In this document: one piece after another, positions 1 through 8,258 of the stretch | Numbering within the stretch: the first letter of the stretch is position 1 | Layout: every line of letters begins with the position of its first letter | Assembly: GCF_000281045.1 (NCBI RefSeq) | Contig: NW_008246086.1 | Span: forward strand, 641,223-661,222 | DNA from: Saprolegnia diclina VS20 | Taxonomy: Eukaryota | Direction of reading: 5' to 3' | Length of the DNA stretch: 20,000 nt | The notes under the pieces: generated by a model | The model's input: only the letters and a program-made list of their open reading frames with translations | Database searches by the model: none | What the model was told of the DNA's origin: nothing | Position numbers and translations under genes: made by a program

Positions 1-388
1 CAAGCATGTGCTCCTTGAACTCGGCGGCGGTCTCTTCGTGGCCGTCGTTCTCGCCGTCGTCGTCGTCCGCGTCGTCGAGACGCGCCTTGCTCTTGCTTCC
101 GTGCTTCTTCTCGTCGAGGATGTCGGCCTCGGCTTCTTCGATGTATCCTGTGAGCGCTTGCAAGAGGCCCTGCGCGGTGGCCTCCTTGTCGTCCGCGTCG
201 TCTTCCGACATGGAGTCGTCGACGTTGGTGCTGTCGTGGTCCTTCTCTTGCTGCTGCAGCGAGCGCGATCGAGGTGGCGGCGAGCGCAGCCCGTTGCCGT
301 GGCTGCCACTGTCGCCGTCAACGTCCTTGGAGCTACTGCTTGTCTTGGGCTTGCGGCCACGCTGTCCACCACGGCGAGATCGTTCCAT
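1..388 (-). CDS. 5' part of a hypothetical protein with a basic then acidic low-complexity N-terminus, truncated by the window edge
   Basis: ATG at 388 (minus) opens a stop-free frame to base 1: MERSRRGGQRGRKPKTSSSSKDVDGDSGSH...SMSEDDADDKEATAQGLLQALTGYIEEAEADILDEKKHGSKSKARLDDADDDDGENDGHEETAAEFKEHML. Codon usage matches the other genes. It is absent from the ORF track because the stop lies outside the window; the + strand ORFs here are its shadows. Confidence 0.8.
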   Translation of the reverse strand, partial: MERSRRGGQRGRKPKTSSSSKDVDGDSGSHGNGLRSPPPRSRSLQQQEKDHDSTNVDDSMSEDDADDKEATAQGLLQALTGYIEEAEADILDEKKHGSKSKARLDDADDDDGENDGHEETAAEFKEHML

Positions 389-942
389 CCTCGGCCGTGA
401 TCTTCGCCACAATTCAACTTTGGTCCAGCGCAAACTCCGGCTCTAACGTACACTATTTACGGAGCAATATGCTAGAATAGAGTACAATTGGATCTTAGCT
501 GGGACCAAGTGCCGAGAGCCATGCTCGAAGCATCGTCCAGCTTCCTTTGATGCTTTATCTCCTCCATAAACACTGTGTTTTGACACGTCCGCGGGCGCTC
601 CCTGCAGCCATGAACACGAGTTTTCGAGTTTGCATTTACACTATAATCGTATTTAAAAAGTACTGTGCATAACGTGGCCGGTGACAAACCCGGAGACTGA
701 CCGTACTTCCATTCATTTGTACTCTTGCGCGCGTTGGCGGTGCACCGGTAGTCTCATGATCCCGCTCAAGACGACAAGGCACATGGGCGAGGGGACGAAG
801 CGAGTCCAGGCGGCTACCATAAGCTGAAGGATTTCAAATCCTGGAGCATCATAGACACTAAATCACACTATTAAGGAATCTAAATGAATAGTGTTACCCA
901 GTTGTCGTCTTCCGGAGCAAACCCGGTGGCCGGCCAAGGCCT

Positions 943-984
943 CCAATCAATTGGCCGCTAAGGTGCTCATTTGAGCAACCCAAT
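943..984. promoter_or_regulatory. CCAAT boxes and an INR-like element upstream of NOP9, in the divergent intergenic region
   Basis: CCAAT at 943-947 is followed by inverted ATTGG at 950-954 (CCAATCAATTGG). GCTCATTTG at 965-973 resembles the oomycete initiator GCTCATTYY, about 40 nt before the ATG at 1005. A further CCAAT lies at 980-984. Confidence 0.45.
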
Positions 985-1004
985 CGGTGCGAGCAACCTA
1001 GAGG

Positions 1005-3220
1005 ATGGCGGACGAGACCCACAGCCATGAGCGCCCCGAGTACGGCTACGTGCAGCATGATACCTTGTCATATGTGGTGCTCATGGCGACCTGCGTAGAC
1101 GCGTGCGCCCGCGCCGCCTGGAGCCGGACACGACCGCGTACCTCCTCGAGGTCAAGACGTCGCTGCTCGAGAGCCTCGGTGACGACGGCGACGATACCAA
1201 GTCGATTCTGCTCTGGAACGTCCTCGAAGAGCTGGCGCCGCGTATCGCAAGCGCGGCCTCGGACCGCCACGCGTGCGAGATCGTTGAAGTGCTCGTGGAG
1301 CACATGTCGCCGCGCCAGCTGAGCTTCTTCGTGCACAAGATGGAGGGCTACTACAGCCATCTCTGGACGAACCGGTACTCGTCGCACGTGCTCCAGCGCA
1401 TTCTGTCCAAGGTCGGCGCCATCGTGCAGGCCGAAGTCGACGGATCGCTCGAGACCACCGAGGACGACGACGAACGCTCCAAGAACGTGCCAACGATGGC
1501 GGCGCTCATCGTGGCCATGTGCACCGAGGTCAAGGAGGAGTGGATCACGCTCGTCAACGACGTCAGCGCGTCGCATGTGCTGCGTGGCGTCCTCTGCGCG
1601 CTCGCGGGCCGCGCGCCTGTCGCTGAGAAGCGCGGCAAGAAGGGCAAGCACGGCGCCGTCAAGTTTGAAAACCTCCCGAAGAAAAGGTATGGCGATATTT
1701 ACGCGAACTCGAAGCTCACGCGTCTGTAGCGACGACGAGAAGCTCAACGCGGTCCAGTACACGGTGCCGGAGACCTTTACGTCGACTCTCACCGACATTG
1801 TCGAGGTCATGATGGACGCGCCCGACGACAAGCTCGCGGAGCTCATGTTCGACCACCACGCGGGTCCGTTCCTCTCGATCGCGGTCCGCGTCTGCCCCGA
1901 TGCGCTGCGGCAGGACCTCGTCTTCCGCCTTCTCAACTGGGACGACGAAGAGTCGTCGAAGAAGCGGTTCTACGACTACGCCGGCGACACGGTCGCAAGT
2001 CACTTTCTCGAAGCGGTACTTGGTGTTGCTTCGAATGTCACTCGATACATTGATACTGTAGCTGTGCCAAACGGCGTCCGAAGGGCTCTGGACGAGCGTG
2101 TTTGATCGCTGCATGCAGAGCCGCCTCTTGGAATTTTCCGAGCACGCGATCTCCAACTACGTGGTGCAGAACTTTATCTCGCACGTGCCAAATGCAGAGT
2201 ACGCCGACCTGGTCCTTGATGAAATGAAGGACGCGCTCTGGACGCTGCTCTCGATGCACCGCCCGGGCGTCATCTGGCGCCTCGCCGAGTGCTGCGTGCG
2301 CTTCAAGCTCCACTTTGAGCGCTTCTTCAACTCGCTCACGGCCGCGGTCGCCAAGCAGGAGAGCAAGAAGCCCGCCGCGGTGCAGAAGGACGTGGTGCCG
2401 GCGCTCATCGCACTCGAACTCTCCAACTCGCAGGTATTATTGCCCTTGAAAATGCGATGAAAAGAGACTTACATAATTCTACCGTAGAACGCCAAGCTCT
2501 CGCTCAACGTGGCCGGCGCGCGCATCGTCGAGACGCTTCTGCAGTTTCCCGCGAGCATCACGGCGCCGCTCGTCAAGAGCATCCTCGGCCTGAACGGGCT
2601 CCAGCTCGTTGCGCTCTCCAAGGACTCTGTCGGCAGCCGCTGCCTCGTGGTATGTTGTCGTGTTGATAGCACTCGGCTCTCAGAAATGATTTTTTCAGGA
2701 GCCCATCTGGAACAGCGAGAACGACGAAGCTAAGATCGAGCTCTTCACCAAGTTCAAGGGCCAGTTTGGCACTCTTGCGATGGACCGCAACGGCGCCTTC
2801 TCGGTCATCAAGTGCTTCAACACCATGTCGCTCGAGTACAAGGTACACCATTGGCTCCCTCCAGTTGATACACTGATACTCTTGCGCAGACGATGATCGC
2901 GGAAGAGCTCTCGTTCATGGACGCCAAGCTCGTTGGCAACCATTTCGCGTCCATGGTCCTCACCAACTGCAACGTGCACGAGTTCAAGACGAACGAGGAA
3001 AAGTGGCGGTCGACTTACGGTACAATTCCGCGAAATATACGCTAACGATGCTGAGCACGCTCAACTAGAGCGCAAGCGCAAGGTCAAGGAGCTCTTCTCG
3101 GACCTCGTCGACGAGACGTCCACCAAGATGCACAAGAAGCACAAGAAGGACAAGGCCGACAAGAAGGAAGCGACGCAGCCCAAGGCCAAGAAGGCCAAGA
3201 AGGCCAAGAAGTCCACGTAA
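1005..3220 (+). CDS. NOP9: Nucleolar protein 9 (Pumilio/PUF-like repeat 40S biogenesis factor), 8 exons, about 622 aa
   Basis: Exons 1005-1039, 1099-1686, 1730-2015, 2062-2433, 2488-2649, 2699-2842, 2890-3019, 3069-3220 are joined by GT-AG introns of 43-59 nt, total 1869 nt and in frame. Nop9-type Pumilio motifs are present (NRYSSHVLQRIL, DVSASHVLR, DTVASHFLEA, HAISNYVVQNFI, DSVGSRCLVE, DRNGAFSVIKCF), with a Lys-rich C-terminal tail. Confidence 0.88.
3182..3211 (+). repeat. Coding 9-bp tandem repeat (AAGGCCAAG)x3 in the Lys-rich tail of NOP9
   Basis: Sequence aaggccaag aaggccaag aaggccaag aag encodes KAKKAKKAKK. Confidence 0.8.
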
Positions 3221-3596
3221 TTACTAGATCAACTCACTACTCTATCATCTCGTATTGTTGCGAGCGACCACACTCTGCAGGTTTATCCGAGCCGAGGCTG
3301 CGTCGCATGCGCATACCGCTTGAGGGACGAGCAGTAAGCTCACGCGGAGCGACCATTCGGACGATGGCCTGTCTCTCGATGCGCGTTGTTGCAGGGCGGT
3401 GCGTGGGACATGGGCAGATACAATGTCCTCAAGGTCACCTTTGCATGGGCAGTCGGTCGGTGACCGTGCAGCGAGTCGGCTCGGTGGCTTGGTCTCCTTC
3501 CGTCAACATTGCGATCGGATCGGTGCGACATGCGGCGAAGCTTCCGGAGCGTATCCGGCGGCCCCGTCATCCCGAGATTTCTGTCGCCGTTGCAGG

Positions 3597-4968
3597 ATGG
3601 TCGCCGAGTCGTCGCCGCTGTCGGCCGGAGCCTCCTTCCTGCATACCCCGCAGCCCCACCATGACATCCTCTTCTTTGGCACGCTCGACAAGCGGCGTAC
3701 GTCCTTGGCCTCGTCCATTACATACCTCATGTGCATAGATGCGTAGGCGACGGCGCGGTCCGTGGCGGCTGGGTACGACGACGACGCGCTGCCTGTAAGG
3801 CTCATGCACGCGATGTAGGCGACGCGCCTCTTCCTTCTGACGTCGCAATGGCTTGTGTACTTTCGCCTCACGTCCAAGCTTGAGATTCTCGGCGAAGAGC
3901 GCGAGCGCGTCCACCTCAAATCGATCGCCAAGGTACCGCCGCCCTACCGCTGGCTTCTTGCTTAGGAGGATGCTGCGTAGGTGCGCGTGGCGGCCGAGTC
4001 CGAGGTGCCATCGGCCGCGGTCGAAGTTGCCAAAGAGTTTGTCTACCTCGAGATTACGCTGCAGTCGCACCGCGTGCTGCTCATGCGCACGTCGCGGAGC
4101 GAAGCCGCGGCCGTCGACACGTGGGTCGCAGCCATCAACGAGCAGCGCGAGGTGCTCCTCCAGCCGACGCCCAAGCTCATGTACTCGGGCACGGCCAAGG
4201 TACCGACGCCGGCGCCGACGCCCGTCCCGCCCGAGTCGACGCCCTCGACCGTCCACCGCTTTGACCACGCGATTGCGCTCGTCGGCATGGTCGACGACTA
4301 CACGGAGCGCGAAGAGTTTGTCGTCGCCAAGAACGTGGCGTTCGGCCAGCGCATCGAGCTCGGCGTCGTCAAGCAGGGCGGCGCGTGCCTCCTCATGCTC
4401 GACGACGGCGGCGTCGCGCGCATCGGGACGCAGGCGCTGCTCGGCAGTTGGGACGCCAACGAAACGTGCTGGGTCGAGTTTCTCGGCGCGTCAGTTCCCT
4501 GCGAGGTCGAAGTGTCGGTCTCGTGCCAGGTCGTCAAGCACACGCCGCCAATCACGCGTGCGTCCTCGGACGCAGCGCTCTTGGCGCCCTCGCCTTGGCA
4601 CACGCTACTCCGCAAGGCCTCGGACGGTACGCTACGACGACATGTGAAAGGGACCAAGTTATGAGGGTAGGCGCGAGCCTCGGCTTTCTGTTGCTAGCGA
4701 TCCTTGTGCATTTCATGTACGGCGTCCAGGGCTTCCACTGGTCGCACAAGGCGTGTCTCACGGCCGGCGCGGCGCTCGCGATCACGAGTCTCCTCCACAG
4801 CTCCGACACGACGTCGGCGACGCGGTCTGTGGTGTTCTGTGGCGGTTGAAAGATTGATACGGTTCTAGATTGAAGCGGGCCGCCCGACGATCCCAGGCGT
4901 CGCTCATTCCCAAGGTGCAGCTGACGCTGATCGTGCATCAATGCCGCCGCACGGCCGCGGCCTCGTAG
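3597..4968 (+). CDS. PH-domain protein with two C-terminal hydrophobic (probable transmembrane) helices, 6 exons, about 379 aa
   Basis: Exons 3597-3696, 3747-3772, 3819-3932, 3981-4626, 4671-4824, 4869-4968 with 44-50 nt GT-AG introns, total 1140 nt and in frame. The spliced N-terminus ILFFGTLDKRRDGAVRGGWATRLFLLTSQWLVYF...AVDTWVAAINEQ fits the PH signature. Hydrophobic segments are ASLGFLLLAILVHFMYGV and ACLTAGAALAITSLL. The start is uncertain because a possible 45-nt intron at 3551-3595 could link to an in-frame ATG at 3423. Confidence 0.75.
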
Positions 4969-5010
4969 CACAGAGAAGATGTCAACTCTCACTACCTCAA
5001 TAAGATTCGA

Positions 5011-8000
5011 TTACGTGGCACCGTATCGCCGCAGAAAGGCCTGCGCCGACGACGAGAGGGGTACGACGTCTGCGTTGGGGGCAGAGAGGGCCAATAACAC
5101 TTGCGAGAGAAGCTCGGGGTCGAGTTCGACGAGCGCTTCGACCGGAACATCGGGGTGCGTCGGGAACGCAGCGCTCCACAGCGCTTGGAAGCGTGTTTCG
5201 TCGAGCGCGACGTTGGGTGTCGGCAGCGACTGGTCCGAGAGCGAAAGCTGCTGCGTCGACGTCATCGAATGGTGCTGCAAGCGGGCGTTGGTGCGGTACG
5301 ACGGCGCTTCGGAGAACGACCGCGACCGCCGAGTCGAGGTCGCAGCGAGCTCGGCGCACGACGGCTGGCGACGGCGCGGCTGGCGGATCGAGCCCGACTC
5401 GCCAATGGACGCAAAGAGGACGGCATTGTCGGGCAAGTCCAAGTACGCGGCGGCGTGGAGACTCCAGTCGGCACCCACGTCGACGCCGTCGCCCGTCACA
5501 TCGAGAAGCTCGTACGCGCGCACTTGGAAGCGCTTGCGCAGAATGTTGAGCAGCACGTGCGTCTCGGTGCCGGGGACGTACGTGATGTTGAGCACTTGGT
5601 GTTGGAGACACGGGCTCTTGAGCGAGAGCGATTTGCGGGCGCGGGGGCCGTACCGGTCGACAAACATCATGCGCACGTTGAGGCGGAAGGGCAGCGGGAG
5701 GTGGATCGCCCAGAGGTGCACGAGGCAGTGGTCGCAGACGCGGCCGACGTCGCCGCTCGACTCGGGCAAGAGGAGGCGGCTGCTCGAGCACTTGGCGCAG
5801 ACGACGCGTCGGCAGAGGCCGCACCGGTGCCGCCATTCAAAGAACGAAAACGTTTTCGAGCACATGTGGCAGCCTTCGTCGGCCATCGAGTGGTCGGGCG
5901 TCAGCATCGGCTTCGGGACCGGCTTGTCGAGCAAGCCCCCTTCAAGAAGCGCATCGAGCTCGTGGGTCGAGACCGTGTTGGCGTGGTACAAGTTGCGCTC
6001 TTCGACCATGAGCGCTTGGAGGAAGCCTTGGTTGGGGAAGCACACGCCGCGGTTCGCGATGCAATAGTTGACTGCTGTCACAAGCGACCAGCGCTGCGCG
6101 CGCATGAGGTAGTAGATAGCGAGCGTCGCGGACCGCGAGATGCCCTGCGTGCAGTGGATGAGCACGCGGCTGTGCTGCGTCTGCTTGGCGCCCTCGAGAA
6201 ACGCAAACGTGGGTTCAAAGTGAGCCGCAATGTTGGCGTAAATGTCGTCCTTGATCTTGACCTCGTGGTACGCGACGCCGGCCGCCTCAAAGACGTTGCC
6301 CGTGTCGAGGCTGGCGTTGACAATGTGCGTGATGCCGAGGTTGCGCACGACCGAGGACGACTGCGCGTGCCACATGTTGCCGAGGAAGAGGAAGCCGTCG
6401 AGGAGCTCGTTCGGGTAGTTGATGTTGTGCGTCCCGCTCTGCGTGCGCGCGAGGAAGAGCCCTTCGTCGGCGTTCTGCCCCGCAAAGAGGAACTGCGTCG
6501 TGTAGAACGGGTACCGGTACTGGAACGTCGTGAAGCCGTCGTCAAGGTATCGAACGCTCGAGACCAGCCCTTCCTCGACGAGGAGCGCTCCGAGCTGGCG
6601 GCCCCAGTGCGGCGTGCTCGGCCGCACCGTCTCGCCGTAGATCACCACCTCGCGCAGCTTGCGCTTCTTGGCCGAGAAGAGATGCGCTTGCTCCGGAAGA
6701 AGCGCCCGCTCGAGCTGACTCAGCGACACGCGGCCCGACGGCGGCGGCGCCGAGATTGCTGTCGGGATCGAGTCTTCTTCAAAGCTTCCGCGGCTTCGCG
6801 CGTCCAGCAGGAGCATGCCGGTCCCACTCTGCAGGCGGTTGAAGAGCCATCGGCACGTGACCGACGTCTCGGGCACGACGCGCCGACGCGTCTCGGGCCG
6901 CGCGTCGGTGGTGCTCGCGAGCACAAACGCGTTGGTTGCAAACGACGAGGCTTTTGCGGCTGTTTGCTTGGCCGCGAGCGCTTGGAGCTCCGCGGCGTTG
7001 AGGTTCGCGAGCGCAATGGCGTGGGCGGCCTTGTCGCGCGGCGGAAGGCCGTCGCCACGCGTGAGCTGGCGCAGGGCGGCCTTGTCGTCGGCGGCGATGC
7101 TGCGTTTGCCGTAGAGCGCCGTTTCCTTGGCGAGCAAGATGCCGAGGATCGCATCGCGCGGCATCATGCCAGGCCGACCGCACAAGACACGGTGGTACGC
7201 GTCATAGAGCGACGCGCGCTCGGTCTTCATGATAAAGTAGACCACGAGCATGCAGCAGCGCGACCGGCCGTACGTCGAGTGGACTAGGAGGCGCGATTTG
7301 GTCGCAAACGCCGCCTCGATAAACGCTGTCGCGTCGTCAAAGGCACTGAACGTGCCGGCCTCCGGGTCTTCGCGCGAGACAGACAGGTCGAAGTACTCGA
7401 CGTGCGCGAACGGCTTGTCCTGCGTCGACGACGAGCAGTTGACGATCGCTTCGATGTTGAGGTCGCGGACGACGCTGCTGCGCACGGCGTCGGCGCTGTT
7501 GCCGAGGAAGATCCAGCCCGATGACGTCGCAATCAAGTTGACGCTGGGCGGCGCGTCGAGCCGGAACGACGACGCAAACGACGGATCGACGAACTGCGTG
7601 ATCAGCGGCGCGAGGCCCGCGCTCGCGCGAAGCTCGGCCACGACGTGGATGAGCAGCTGCATCTTGGAGGGCAGCGACGTCATGGCCACGTCATCGCCAC
7701 CGAGCAAGAGCAGATGGGAGAGTGTCGTCGACGGGTCCACGAGGCGCTCCGACACGGACGGCGGCAGGTAAAAGTTGCAATAGTTGTCGTTCGTCTCGGT
7801 AAAGCCGACCGTCGAGAAGACGCCCGAGGTCACGTCGGCGTTGGTCAGCACGAGGAAGACGACGCTGTGGCTGCTGTGCTGGAGGCGATTGAAGAGCTCG
7901 ACGGGCCCGATTGTCTCGACCTTGTCCGCTTGGCCATTGCTTGACGCGTCATCCGCGAAGCCGCTCTGCTTGTCTTCGGCGCAGCGTCCGGCGGCGTCGT

Positions 8001-8034
8001 CAGGCGGGCCGTGGGCGGGCTTGACCGCTTCCAT
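5011..8034 (-). CDS. MAP-kinase-phosphatase-like dual-specificity phosphatase: degenerate rhodanese, pseudo-DSP, rhodanese, active DSP, FYVE; intronless, 1007 aa
   Basis: DSP motifs IFLGN/FLFLGN; P-loops VHSTYGRSR (7258-7281) and IHCTQGISRS (6130-6159); rhodanese LLLDARSRGSFEEDSIPTAI...YLDDGFTTFQYRYP; FYVE CHMC...FSFFEWRHRCGLCRRVVCAKCSS...RVCDHC (about 5715-5875). Confidence 0.9.
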   Translation of the reverse strand: MEAVKPAHGPPDDAAGRCAEDKQSGFADDASSNGQADKVETIGPVELFNRLQHSSHSVVFLVLTNADVTSGVFSTVGFTETNDNYCNFYLPPSVSERLVDPSTTLSHLLLLGGDDVAMTSLPSKMQLLIHVVAELRASAGLAPLITQFVDPSFASSFRLDAPPSVNLIATSSGWIFLGNSADAVRSSVVRDLNIEAIVNCSSSTQDKPFAHVEYFDLSVSREDPEAGTFSAFDDATAFIEAAFATKSRLLVHSTYGRSRCCMLVVYFIMKTERASLYDAYHRVLCGRPGMMPRDAILGILLAKETALYGKRSIAADDKAALRQLTRGDGLPPRDKAAHAIALANLNAAELQALAAKQTAAKASSFATNAFVLASTTDARPETRRRVVPETSVTCRWLFNRLQSGTGMLLLDARSRGSFEEDSIPTAISAPPPSGRVSLSQLERALLPEQAHLFSAKKRKLREVVIYGETVRPSTPHWGRQLGALLVEEGLVSSVRYLDDGFTTFQYRYPFYTTQFLFAGQNADEGLFLARTQSGTHNINYPNELLDGFLFLGNMWHAQSSSVVRNLGITHIVNASLDTGNVFEAAGVAYHEVKIKDDIYANIAAHFEPTFAFLEGAKQTQHSRVLIHCTQGISRSATLAIYYLMRAQRWSLVTAVNYCIANRGVCFPNQGFLQALMVEERNLYHANTVSTHELDALLEGGLLDKPVPKPMLTPDHSMADEGCHMCSKTFSFFEWRHRCGLCRRVVCAKCSSSRLLLPESSGDVGRVCDHCLVHLWAIHLPLPFRLNVRMMFVDRYGPRARKSLSLKSPCLQHQVLNITYVPGTETHVLLNILRKRFQVRAYELLDVTGDGVDVGADWSLHAAAYLDLPDNAVLFASIGESGSIRQPRRRQPSCAELAATSTRRSRSFSEAPSYRTNARLQHHSMTSTQQLSLSDQSLPTPNVALDETRFQALWSAAFPTHPDVPVEALVELDPELLSQVLLALSAPNADVVPLSSSAQAFLRRYGAT

Positions 8035-8227
8035 CTCCCTCGCGTGGACCGACTCGGAGTTACAGCAGGCTACACCAACGGGTTCACTGTCGTAATAAAA
8101 TTACCTCGGGCTTTGTATGCTCTGACGTGGGTGGCAGAATATTATTGCCGCGTGAAGCTGGATACAATCGCCATCCAGCGCACGCGGAAAAAGCCGGATC
8201 CGCCGATGGGCTAAGATGCTATTCTTA

Positions 8228-8240
8228 GTCGCCTAGCAAC
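8228..8240 (+). promoter_or_regulatory. X-box-like imperfect palindrome GTCGCC-T-AGCAAC in the 224-bp divergent intergenic region
   Basis: Matches the RFX X-box consensus GTNRCC-N(0-3)-RGYAAC and ends 18 nt before the ATG at 8259. Function is not demonstrated. Confidence 0.35.
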
Positions 8241-8258
8241 GGGCTGCCTGGCTACAGC

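Noticed and set aside
6..446. + strand ORFs 6-446 and 8-400
   Set aside because: Ser-rich and Val-rich antisense shadows of the real minus-strand gene starting at 388.
1005..3220. Fragmented ORFs suggesting a frameshifted pseudogene or programmed frameshifts
   Set aside because: All breaks are explained by canonical 43-59 nt GT-AG introns that give one intact frame. The same holds for 3597-4968 and, with one GC donor, 8259-10739.
5101..7287. 728-aa + strand ORF (and the 362-aa ORF at 4979-6067) antisense to the phosphatase
   Set aside because: Shadow ORFs produced by strong GC3 codon bias on the opposite strand; no recognisable motifs.
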